Positions 1-11,735 of a DNA stretch of 64,000 nt are shown here, one piece after another. The notes below the pieces were generated by a model. The model worked only from the letters and a program-made list of their open reading frames with translations. It was not told the DNA's origin and made no database searches. The translations under genes were made by a program, and so were the position numbers. Position 1 is the stretch's first letter; each line of letters begins with the position of its first letter. Origin of the DNA: Zootoca vivipara (taxonomy: Eukaryota); contig NC_083288.1 in the NCBI RefSeq assembly GCF_963506605.1, forward strand, positions 41,478,001 to 41,542,000, given 5' to 3'.

Positions 1-176
1 TAATGAAGTTTCAATGCTTTAACACAATATACCTGCGAGTGCCAAATAGAATTCCAAAGGTAAATGATTACTAATTAATTGTGAGGTGCTTTGAAAGAAA
101 AACCTAACATCTTCTGCTTCTCAAGACATGTTTCTCTATCTATTTCTCTCTCCATCTGATAGGAGACCCACCCACC

Positions 177-1777
177 CACCCTCTGCTGCCGTCTTTACAG
201 CGCTCAAGCAGCGCCATCAGCAAACCGACCGGCGGCACATGGGCAAACTGATCGGTGGCGCATGTGCAGCGCCGCTCAAGCGCCATACGGTGTACCCTAA
301 CCCTCCACCGCCACTGCAGCCGCGAGCAAAGGATCCCATCGCCATACATACGGTGTGCATGCATGCGTGGTATGTAGCGGAACACATGTGGTATATACTG
401 TAGTGGCATATGCGCTGGTGGGTGGTTTGCCCTGCCCCCCCCCCGCCCCTGGTGCCTGTTCTCCTTCCGTCGCCACTGGTCTTCCCAAAGGCTTTAGGGA
501 TTGGTATCTTTGGTCCCTCCAGCGACCCCAAACTCCCTTTCTTTACTCACTCTCTTCTAAATGTCAAGAAACACCTTGCAGGGAGAGATCATGATGTGAT
601 CCAGAGGCAGCATTCTCATTCCTACCAGATTCTCAACTCATATGCAACCTCTTGAGTTTGGAAGGGGCCCATGGGTATCTTTGAGAATGCTCTCTGTTTC
701 CGTGGGTTGTGCTCAAAAGAACCAGATAGGACTGGAAGGGGCCTCTGGGTAGGGGAAGGATTCAGCAACAGAGAAGTCAGAGCTCCCTGGAACATTTATT
801 TTGTAAATAGTTCCTAAATCTTATATTAGGAACATCCATCCCGACCTCCAGATCTTTTTCAGAATGCAATCCTATTACAAACTGAGTGTTTCTTGAATAG
901 CAATGAGTAGGGCTGCTTTGTAATGCTTTACAATTGTTATATATTTCTTTTCTCTTTATTTCGGTTTCTTTATGTTTTGAAATTTTTAGTTCTTGATGTT
1001 TTTGATGTTTATGTTATCATTTTTGTTATATTTTGTAACATTTTAAAAAGTGGAAATAAATATCTATTTTAAAATTATTATTATTTTTTAAAAAAAACCA
1101 TGAGTAGGGCTGCGTAAAGTCACTAGGAGACAATGGCTATCCCAATGCTTTGTGACAATTTATTTCATGGGGGAGTTTTGCATTGTGTGGAAATGCGTAT
1201 TCTTTTGCCTATGCACTGACTCTGCTGTGAGTCTATTTTAATTAGGACCTCTTCAGCTCTAGAGTTATGCAGCAGAAGAGGGAGAGAGAAATAGCCACTT
1301 CTTTAGTGTCATGCATAATCTTATAAACTTCTATTATGCCCCTCTTTTTATATTCCTGAATCAAAAACACCCAAATGGTGGAGTTTAGTGGCTGATCAGA
1401 CCACCAGCCCTTGTTGTGCAGAGTGAGGAAGAGCCCCAAGAACACAGGATCTATACCTCACTCTAAGGTTTTTATTTCAGCAATAACAGTACAAGTTAAA
1501 TGAAGTTCCTTTTAATAATGCAACCAGTCTACTAAAACAAACCATGTATTCCAGCAGCAGAGTTTGAATTTAAAAATGACATTCATGCATACTCAAGAAC
1601 ACTTTCCTCTGCCGAGCTGTAGCAAGATCCCAAGGTGTTCCAGGCACTCGCCCAGTGCTCCTTTGGAGAATTGAAGACATGGTAGAGACTGTCATAGCTT
1701 TAAGAAATATGATTTATACACTTATTTAAACCTTCAGTCTGCATGGAGGGAGTGCAGGTCTTACAGCAAGGGGATCC
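177..1777. repeat. Duplicated block A, copy 1 (inverted copy at 7654-9220)
   Basis: Near-identical reverse-complement match, visible in mirrored ORF pairs (1242..1445- vs 7986..8189+; 410..655+ vs 8834..9022-). Confidence 0.93.
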
Positions 1778-3200
1778 TCCACCCGCGACTGCGGAGGCGC
1801 GATGGCGGTGGGCACCCAGGGGTGGCAGGGCAAGGCCCCCCATGGGGAGCCTTGTCACCCCTCCTCAGAGATGGCACTCAGGGCGGGGGGCCCTCAACCC
1901 CCTTCAAGGTCTGTTGCAGGAATACATGGTCTGTTTTAGTAGACTGGTTGTTGGATTATTAAAAGGAACTTCATACCAATGACAAACTTAGTTGGTCTCT
2001 AAGGTGCTACTGGAAGGAATTTTTTTATTTTGTTTCGACTACGTCAGACCAACATGGCTACCCACCTGTAACAATTAAAAAGTAGCTAGACTGCAGGTCT
2101 AAAAATGTTAGACTGCAGGTCCAAAAGAAGCACCCTCTCCCTTATGCCCCAGAGTCGAAACTAGTCACTCTCTGCTCCTGCCCAGTAGCCCTCCAAGACT
2201 TACCGGTTTTCGCACAGATGGTTTTGTAAGAGGTGACAGCTGCTTCTCTTGGTGGAGAATGAGGGAAATGTGTGAACAGTTACTGTTTATATAGGATACA
2301 AGGGGCTATTGGTTAATGAGAAACTACACACTGCTCCACCTACTTTGGAACTAAAAACACATTTATTGGTTTTTCCAGAAGATAAGCAGAGACAACAACC
2401 ACAAGAAAACCCTCCCACTCCCCTTCTCAGAGTGCAGAGTCTTCCAGAACCAAAAATATAGCACCAGCGGAACTTAGCATATCTACCATTTTCTAGTGTT
2501 GTGGTCAAACAAATGAACTGTTCCATAATATTTCATGTGATGCTGGTGGACACAAACCATGTTCAGTGGATTGTGTATATTCAATAAAATCAAACCATTT
2601 CGTAAGAAATGAATATCCCTCCGCCCTCGGTATGATGTTCTCATTGTACTGCAGTTAGTTTTTCCATAAGGGTTAAATCCCAGGTCTGTAAAATCCATGC
2701 TTCAAATATATCCGAATTAAGTTCTCTCCAGTAAGTGCTCTTCCTCTCCTCCAAAACCTTTGGCTAATTAAACAACCTATAGCCTTTTAAATTGGGGTGT
2801 GTATTGTTTTGTTTATTAGTATGTCATGTAGTTTTCTGATTTTATGAAGTGAACTGTCCCATGATCTTAGGATGACGGCTGATATAGAGTTTTAATAAAT
2901 AATAATAATACCTGAATGCATTTTTACACATGTATGCTGTGGCCATATTTGGAATACTTAGTTCTCAACCCCTCTTCTCACATTATTGGGGGACCTAATG
3001 AGGTAATCTTGCCATTAATTGTATTAAGTTTGAATGGATTCATGTACCAGTGCTGTGGAACTTTCAACAAATTTTATTAGGTTCAAACTGATGTTGAAGC
3101 AAAAGGAGGACCAGATCAGGGACAACTGAAATTCTATTTGAATCTGATGAGTTGGAATAGACCTAGGAGGCCACCTGCTACAACCTACTGCTAGATGCAT
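1772..3200. repeat. Duplicated block B, copy 1 (direct copy at 9235-10752)
   Basis: Direct match with scattered substitutions and small indels; ORFs 2483..2698- and 10018..10233- are nearly identical. Confidence 0.93.
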
Positions 3201-5123
3201 GATTTGCAGCCACAGTCCCAGACTCTGCTTAAACACCCCCAACAAAGCTGGACTATATTCCCCATGGGGAAAGGGATATGAAATAATCTGATATGGGTAT
3301 GGATAAAGCTACTGTGAGTGTGTGTTGCCCTGGGCAAAATAAAGCAACTAACAAATTGACTTATTTTGCATCTTCTGTTGCTTGTCCCTGAGAGATTTAC
3401 TGGGTGAACAACTGACCCCTTCCAAGGAATATAATATTGTGTTTGATCAGTTTTGAAAGCAGTTTGCCTTGTGACTTTTGAGGGGATATTTACTGAGACC
3501 TTTTGTGCGCAGCCATGCAACCACTGCTGTTCTAATTAATTTCCTATCTCAGCTATGATGGGAAGAGCAAAATTCAGATCTGAAGCTGCTTATCTCATTG
3601 TGTGCATAAACCGACACAGTCTTTTCTCCCATACAGCACTGGAAGGGGCAGATAAACTTACTTGCCCACCCACCCCTTCCAAGGAATATAATCTTGTGTT
3701 TGACAGCATGGGCGTACCCAGCATGGGGCAGCTGCCCCACCCTAGAGAAGCAAAAAAAAGTGGGGGAAAGCTCCTGCGCAGCAAAAAAACCAGCCGGCAG
3801 CGGAGAGCGGAGTTGCAGTGTTCATCCTCAGTGTGGACCATTCCCTGGGACAGGGAAGGATTGCAGGGTCACCTCTGTTGGTTTTTGCATCGTAAAGGTT
3901 CCCTCTAAGTCCCTTTCTAGCCAGCAGCTAAATCACTCTAATCCTAGTTTCTTTGTTTCCCTGATCTCCGTGCCGTCCTGTGTTGGGCTGAACTGCTGCT
4001 TAAGGGCTTGGCAGTTTCTAGCCAGCAGCTAAATTACCCTAATCCTAGTTTCTTTGTTTCCCTGATTGCAGTGCAATACCCCCTCTTTGTGCATAGCCTT
4101 GGGCCCTTTTATTAGATTTATTTTGGCTCTTTCACCCCTGCTACCACGTTTTCCTCCCCGGTTTAGATTCTTGGGTTGCTGTCCTGCCGCAAGCTAAACT
4201 AGCTCTGGGGCTGGTGTTTTCAGGGTCCTTTTACCGGTACCTCTGCTGTTTAAATTCCTGGCTCTTCTCCACTCAGAGGTTTGTGTTCCATTGAGTGCGT
4301 GAGACTGAACTGAGGGGTGTGTGTGTTGTTTTACTGTTGTGTGTGGGCTGTGCTGTTACTGTGTTTGGTGTGTTCAGCGTGTAGGGAAGGCTGAGTGTAA
4401 AACACCTCATCCTCCTCTCCCCGCCCACGCTCCTTTGGTGCTCCCCAGCCTCTTTGATAGCCGCTTCTAATTTGGAGTCGGCTTAGAGGGGACTGCTGCC
4501 TGTCTGCCCCCCCACCCAGCTTCCTACCTTTAAAAAACCCTTAACTGTGAGCTGCTGTCCTCACGTGGGTGTCCTAAGGGGCTGAGTGTGTGTGCTAAAG
4601 GTCAAGGAGTGTTGCCAGGACAATCGTTTCTCAACAACAAGCCCCTGCTGTGTGTTTCTTAATTGTGATCTGCTATAGGCCTTGCAGGCTAAGCTGCCCC
4701 TTGATTGCTTCCATTCATTACCTGCTGATTTAATGAAGATTGGCATAGTTTACGTTGCTATGATATTGAGGCTTCCACTGCCCCTTTTGATTTGATACTT
4801 TGTGGCTACATTATAAATACTGCTGGTACTCCTGACTTTGTGTTGTCTGTATGAGGGACCTGGTGTTGTTACCTCAGATCAGGGGTTCCCAACAAAATTT
4901 TCTCGAGGACCCCTCATCGAGCCGCTATTGTGACAAGGACCCCCATTAATTCCTAATCCTAAAATTAAAAAGTGAGAGCCAAATTAAGAGTCTTTTTATA
5001 TTTTATATTTATACGTTTTTTACAGTTACAACAGAGTACTCCATCAGTATACAGTTAGTTTTAATTTTCAGTTCTTAATGAGATGAGTTAAATCTGTCCT
5101 TTGAGTCCATTATTTCTGAAATA

Positions 5124-6350
5124 CCGTGTTTCCCCCTTTTTAAGACGTAGTCAGAAAGTAAGCCATGGCAGCATTTTTTAGCATTAGTGAGATCTAAGAC
5201 ACCCCCCGAAAATAAGACATACCTCCATGCGAGACCGCCGAGCGCCCCAGCCAGCCAGAGGGGCCTGGAACTGGCTGCTGTTGCTGCAGAGAACGCATGG
5301 AGTGCCCTGCAGCGCCTGGCCTCTTCTTTTCTTTTCTTTTTTTTTTGGGCTGCCCGAGGCCTGCCGCCCCGCCACCGGAACCGGCGGTTGCAGAGCGGAG
5401 CGCTCCGAAGCAGCGAGCGCTCAGAGCGCCCTGCAGCGCCTGGCTTCTTCTTTTGCGGGGGGGGGGAGCTGCCTGAGGCCTGCCGCCCCGCCGCCGTAAC
5501 CGGCGGCTGCAGAGCGGAGCGCTCCAAAGCGCCGAGCGCTCGGAGCGCCCTGCAGCGCCTGGCCTCTTCTTTTTTTGGGGGGGGGGAGGAGCTGCCCGAG
5601 GCCTGCCGCCCCGCCGCTATAACCGGCGGCTGCAGAGCGGAGCACTCCGAAGCGCTGAGCGCTCGGAGCGCCCTGCAGCGCCTGGCCTCTTCTCTTTTTG
5701 TTTGGCTGCCCGAGGCCGGCGGCTGCAGAGCGGAGCGCTCCGAAGCGCCGAGCGCTCGGAGTGCCCTGCAGCGCCTGGCCCCTTCTTTTGGGGGGAGAGC
5801 TGCCCGAGGCCTGCCCCCCGCCACCGGAAGCGGCGGCTGCAAAGCGGAGCGCTCCGAAGCGCCGAGCGCTCGGAGCGCCCTGCAGCGCCTGGCCCCTTCT
5901 TTGGGGGGGAGAGCTGCCCGAGGCCTGCCGCCCCGCCGCTATAACCGGCGGCTGCAGAGCGGAGCACTCCGAAGCGCTGAGCGCTCGGAGCGCCCTGCAG
6001 CGCCTGGCCTCTTCTCTTTTTGTTTGGCTGCCCGAGGCCGGCGGCTGCAGAGCGGAGCGCTCCGAAGCGCCGAGCGCTCGGAGCGCCCTGCAGCGCCTGG
6101 CCTCTTCTTTTGGGGGGAGAGCTGCCCGAGGCCTGCCCCCCGCCGCCGGAACCGGCGGTCTGCAGCGCCGAGCCAGCAGCCTGCCGCCTCGGTGCCGCGC
6201 AGAGCGCCCAGCAGCACCCCGAACCAGTGGCCTGGCCCCTCCGAGGAGGCCTTAAGGTACCGTACAAGACATCCCCTGAAAATAAGACACCGTGTTCTTT
6301 TTTGAGTAAAAAAAGTTATAAGACGGTGTCTTAAAAAAGGGGAAACACGG
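5124..6350. mobile_element. TcMar (Tigger/Tc2-like) non-autonomous element with internal GC-rich minisatellite
   Basis: TIRs CCGTGTTTCCCCCTTTTTAAGAC ... GTCTTAAAAAAGGGGAAACACGG, TA on both sides (5122-5123, 6351-6352), subterminal AATAAGAC repeats. Confidence 0.88.
5295..6170. repeat. GC-rich minisatellite, ~100-125 bp unit, about 7-8 copies
   Basis: Recurring GGCTGCAGAGCGGAGCGCTCCGAAGCGCCGAGCGCTCGGAGCGCCCTGCAGCGCCTGGCC core. Confidence 0.92.
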
Positions 6351-7653
6351 TATTAGGTTCCAAACTTGAAACTTTCACTCTGAAATCCGACCGCATGTCG
6401 AGCCGATTCCTATATTTGTTTTTCATGAAACACATGGAAGAAAATGCTTGCTTTGTTTACAAACACTACTGTTTTGCAAAGAGGCAGCGCATGCCAGGGA
6501 GGAGGGAGGGGAATGGAGAAGACAGGGTACCTGCGCAGTAGCGCACAAATGAAGCCGACGCACGCAAAGCATCTTGGGGAGGTGAGCGTTAGTAGAATGC
6601 GTGCGCTGCCTCTTTGCAAAACAGACTCTGCGCTAGACTCTGCTCATGCAGGAAGCGGCCAAAACAAAAAATCTGTTATCATACGAAATATATTTAATAT
6701 ATTTTTTATTCTAATAGCATCTTGCGGACCCCTCTGGCATAGCGGTGTGTTCGTTCCAAGTCTCTGGTCCAATCCCTGTGTCCCTGGGGCACATGCGCAG
6801 TAGCCCAGGGACACACGGGACAGCTTGGACGCAGGGACAACTTGCAAATTATTATATAGGATAAAATTTTGGTTTCATTCGCCTTTTCCATGCTGAAATG
6901 TCACAACCTGGATGACCATGGCTTGCTCCCCCCCCCCCCCCGCCTAGATTTGTTCCTGGGTACGCCCATGTTTGACAGGCTGATAAGTTTTGAAAGCAGT
7001 TTGCCTTGTGACTTTAGGGAATGGCTGTTTGAGAAACAAAAGATCAAGATTTTGCTGAAAACCAATGCTAGTTTGAATGCTCAGTGTGGCTAAAACACCT
7101 ATATCCACCACTGCTGTGCTTCCTCACAAAGAGAAGCTCTTTGCACCTCTCCCTTCTTCACAACATATGAGAGAGTGGGCCTTCAATACTCAAGCCCCAT
7201 TAAATGAAGAGGCTGAACCAGTTGATTTTGAGGGGATATTTACTGAGACCTTTTGTGCGCAGCCATGCAACGACTGCTGTTCTAATTAATTTCCTATCTC
7301 AGCTGTGGTGGGAAGAGCAAAATTCAGATCTGAAGCTGCTTATCTCATTGTGTGCATAAACCGACACCGTCCTTTCTCCCATACAGCACTGGAAGGGGCA
7401 GATAAACTTACTTGCCTACCCTCAACCTCAGTAGTTAACGCTCCACTCTACAGCAATAGTACTATAGTGCCAGACTGTTGAGGTTCAGAGCTAGGGAGGG
7501 AAGTACATATCTATGGGGGCTGTGGGGGAAGAGAAGAGATTTCCCAATTCTTTATTCCCCCTCGGATTTTCTTGTGGCATCTGATATGTTCCTTGTAACA
7601 CCAACGTGTCCAGGAGGTCCACATTGTTAATACCAGATGAGCACCCCTGCTTG

Positions 7654-9220
7654 GGATCCCCTTGCTGTAAGACCTGCACTCCCTCCATGCAGACTGAAGG
7701 TTTAAATATGTGTATAAATCATATTTCTTAAAGCTATGACAGTCTCTACCATGTCTTCAATTCTCCAAAGGAGCCCTGGGCGAGTGCCTGGAACACCTTG
7801 GGATCTTGCTACAGCTCAGCAGAGGAAAGTGTTCTTGAGTATGCATGAATGTCATTTTAAAATTCAAACTCTGCTGCTGGAATACGTGGTTTGTTTTAGT
7901 AGACTGGTTGCATTATTAAAAGGAACTTCATTTAACTTGTACTGTTATTGCTGAAATAAAAACCTTAGAGTGAGGTATAGATCCTGTGTTCTTGGGGCTC
8001 TTCCTCATTCTGCACAACAAGGGCTGGTGGTCTGATCAGCCACTAAACTCCACCATTTGGGTGTTTTTGATTCGGGAATATAAAAAGAGGGGCATAATAG
8101 AAGTTTGTAAGATTATGCATGACACTAAAGAAGTGGCTATTTCTCTCCCCCTCTTCTGCTGCATAACTCTAGAGCTGAAGAGGTCCTAATTAAAATAGCC
8201 TGACAGCAGAGTCAGTGCATAGGCAAAAGAATACACATTTCCACACAATGCAAAACTCCCTCATGAAATAAATTGTCACAAAGCATTGGGATAGCCATTG
8301 TCTCCTGGTGACTTTACGCAGCCCTACTCATTGCTTTTAAAAAAAATAGTAATTTTAAAATAGATCTTTATTTCCACTTTTTAAAATGTTACCAAATATA
8401 ACAAAAATGATAACATAAACATCAAAAACATCAAGAACTAAAAATTTCAAAACATAAAGAAACCGAAATAAAGAGAAAAGAAATTTATAACAATTGTAAA
8501 GCATTACAAAGCAGCCCTACTCATTGCTATTCAAGAAACACTCAGTTTGTAATAGGATTGCATTCTGAAAAAAGATCTGGAGGTCGGGATGGATGTTCCT
8601 AATATAAGATTTAGGAACTATTTACAAAATAAATGTTCCAGGGAGCTCTGACTTCTCTGTTGCTGAATCCTTCCCCTACCCAGAGGCCCCTTCCAGTCCT
8701 ATCTGGTTCTTTTGAGCACAACCCACGGAAACAGAGAGCATTCTCAAAGATACCCATGGGCCCCTTCCAAACTCAAGATGTTGCATATGAGTTGAGAATC
8801 TTGTAGGAATGAGAATGCTGCCTCTGGATCACATCATGATCTCTCCCTGGAAAGGTGTTTCATGACATTTAGAGGAGAGTGAGTAAAGAAAGGAAGTTTT
8901 GGTCGCTGGAAGGACCAAAGATACCAATCCCTAAAGCCTTTGGGAAGACCAGTGGCGAAGGAAGGAGAACAGGCACCAGGGGCGGGGGGGGCAGGGCAAA
9001 CCACCCACCAGCGCATGCGCATGTGCCACTATATACCACGTGTGTGCCGCTACATACCACACATGCATGCACACCGTATGTATGGCGATGGGATCCTTTG
9101 CTCGCGGCTGCAGCGGCGGTGGAGGGTTAGGGTACACCGTATGACGCTTGAGCGGCGCTGCACATGCGCCACCAGTCGGTTTGCTGATGGCGCTGCCTGA
9201 GCACTGTACAGCAGAGGGTG
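7654..9220. repeat. Duplicated block A, inverted copy
   Basis: Reverse complement of 177-1777; starts at GGATCC 7654-7659. Confidence 0.93.
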
Positions 9221-9234
9221 CAGCCGTGAGCAGA

Positions 9235-10752
9235 GGATCCTCCACCCGCGACTGCGGAGGCCCGATGGCGGTGGGCACCCAGGGGTGGCAGGGCAAGCCC
9301 CCCCATGGGGTGCCTTGTCATGCCTCCTCAGAGATGGCACCCGGGGCGGGGCCCCCTCAACCCCCTTCAAGGTCTGTTGCAGGAATACATGGTCTGTTTT
9401 AGTAGACTGGTTGTTGGATTATTAAAAGGAACTTCATTTAACTTGTACTGTTATTTCTGAAATAAAAACCTTAGAGTTTACAATTATAACCTTTATTATT
9501 ATAAAGAAGTAGAAACCAATATCTGAAGAAGTGTGCATGCACACAAAAGCTCATACCAATGACAAACTTAGTTGGTCTCTAAGGTGCTACTGGAAGGATT
9601 TTTTTTATTTTGTTTCGACTACGTCAGACCAACATGGCTACCCACCTGTAACTATAAAAAAGTAGTTAGACTGCAGGTCTAAAAATGTTAGACTGCAGGT
9701 CCAAAAGAAGCACCCTCTCCCTTATGCCCCAAAGTCGAAACTAGTCACTCTCTGCTCCTGCCCAGTAGCCCTCCAAGACTTACCGGTTTTCGCACAGATG
9801 GTTTTGTAAGAGGTGACAGCTGCTTCGCTTGGTGGAGAATGAGGGAAATGTGTGAAACTACACACTGCTCCACCTACTTTGGAACTAAAAACACATTTAT
9901 TGGTTTTTTCAGATGATAAGCAGAGACAACAACCACAAGAAAACCCTCCCAACTCCCCTTCTCAGAGTGCAGAGTCTTCCAGAACCAAAAATATAGCAGC
10001 AGCGGAACTTAGCATATCTACCATTTTCTAGTGTTGTGGTCAAACAAATGAACCGTTCCATAATATTCCATGTGATGCTGGTGGACACAAACCATGTTCA
10101 GTGGATTGTGTATATTCAATAAAATAAAACCATTTCGTAAGAAATGAATATCCCTCCGCCCTCGGTATGATGTTCTTGTTGTACTGCAGTTAGTTTTTCC
10201 ATAAGGGTTAAATCCCAGGTCTGTAAAATCCATGCTTCAAATATATCCGAATTAAGTTCTCTCCAGTAAGTGCTCTTCCTCTCCTCCAAAACCTTTGGCT
10301 AATTAAACAACCTATAGCCTTTTAAATTGGGGTGTGTATTGTTTTGTTTATTAGTATGTCATGTAGTTTTCTGATTTTATGAAGTGAACTGTCCCGTGAT
10401 CTTAGGATGAAGGGTGATATAGAGTTTTAATAAATAATAATACCTGAATGCATTTTTACACATGTATGCTGTGGCCATATTTGGAATACTTAGTTCTCAG
10501 CCCCTCTTCTCACATAGAGGATATTGGGGGACCTAATGAGGTAATCTTGCCATTAATTGTATTAAGTTTGAATGGATGCATGTACCAGTGCTGTAGAATT
10601 TTCAACTAATTTTATTAGGTTCAAACTGATGTTGAACAAAAGGAGGACTTTTTGCAAGGGCTGCAGATCAGGGACAACTGAAATTCTATTCGAATCTGAT
10701 GAGTTGGAAGAGACATAGGAGGCCACCTGCTACAACCTACTGCTAGATGCAT
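9235..10752. repeat. Duplicated block B, copy 2
   Basis: Direct repeat of 1772-3200, starting at GGATCC 9235-9240. Confidence 0.93.
9520..9653 (+). mobile_element. Penelope-like element pLTR fragment with degenerate hammerhead-like core
   Basis: CTGAAGA-AGTGTGCATGCACAC-AAAAGCTCATACC...GTTGGTCTCTAAGGTGCTACTG; same family at 1970-2072, 48668-48858 and 54729-54885. Confidence 0.65.
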
Positions 10753-11429
10753 TTGGGGAGGAGCACCAGGAGGAGATGTAGCTTGGGGGTCGCTTAACAC
10801 CATAATCTTCAACATTTTCTGAGGGAAAGAGGGGCACCCTACCATACTCTCTTCCGGTGAGAGTACTCCTTAATTTTCCTACATCTTTAAAAGATGTGGT
10901 TATTGAATTCAGTTTTGTTCCCGGTGAAGAGTTTGTGTAGCACAGTAGTCTGCTTTAACCAGTGCACATGGTGGCAGGACTGTATATGCATTACTATACC
11001 ACCCAACTGCCGGTTTGTTTAGTCCAGGTACGTAAAAAGGCTGCACCAAACAAACCTCAACATTTTCTTCAAACCCAAGAAAAATGATATTAGTATAAGA
11101 CATGTAATTAGAATAGAAATTTTAAAAAATTCAAGCAAATAAGTGTAATAACTACCATAATAAAACACTGCTATAATTATATATAATAAAATTTTGGTTT
11201 CATTCACCTTTTCCGTGCTGAAATGTCACAACCTGGATGACCATGGCTTGCCACCCCCCTAGATTTGTTCCTGGGTACACCCATGTGTACTAGTGTACAA
11301 ATCCCTGAATACTTTACGTCCAGTATACTTCAGAGATAGCCTGAGGTATCTCTGAGATCACTGGGGGAGCATGATTAGTGCTTCTCTATGGACCACAAGC
11401 ATGTCTTGTGTCAACAAGGAGTTGTGCCT

Positions 11430-11735
11430 TCAGTGCAACTTCCTCTCGCAAGAAGTTAGGCAGACACTCTCCCTACTGAGTTTCAGAGGTCTCTTCAAAA
11501 CTCTTTTATTTCAGGAGGCCTTTGGATCCTGAAGGCATCTCAGACGGTTAAAATGGTCACTGCCAGTGGTTGTCATTCTTTCCAGTGAGAGAGATTTTAA
11601 ATTCTTTAGACTTTAAATTTTGGAATTTTAAGTGATGTTTTAAGTTGTGCATATTGTACATTTAATTGTAACAGGCCACTTGAGACCTATGATGTGGAAA
11701 GTGGGATGTGATTTCTTAAAATAATAATAATAAAA
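11430..11735 (+). mobile_element. L2-like LINE 3' end fragment
   Basis: Typical L2 3' sequence followed by a (TAA)n tail. Confidence 0.5.

Larger units (their letters stand above)
4880..6742. mobile_element. hAT-like non-autonomous DNA transposon, right end truncated, hosting a nested MITE
   Basis: Starts CAGGGGTTCCCAAC with repeated GGACCCC subterminal motifs, which recur at ~6726; no right TIR found. Confidence 0.5.

Noticed and set aside
3144-3200. CTGATGA as a possible hammerhead or C box
   Set aside because: No stem II plus GAAA and no matching D box with terminal stem.
5075-6334. Long ORFs (372, 255, 216 aa) on both strands
   Set aside because: Produced by a GC-rich minisatellite inside a MITE; the translation is repetitive with no domain.
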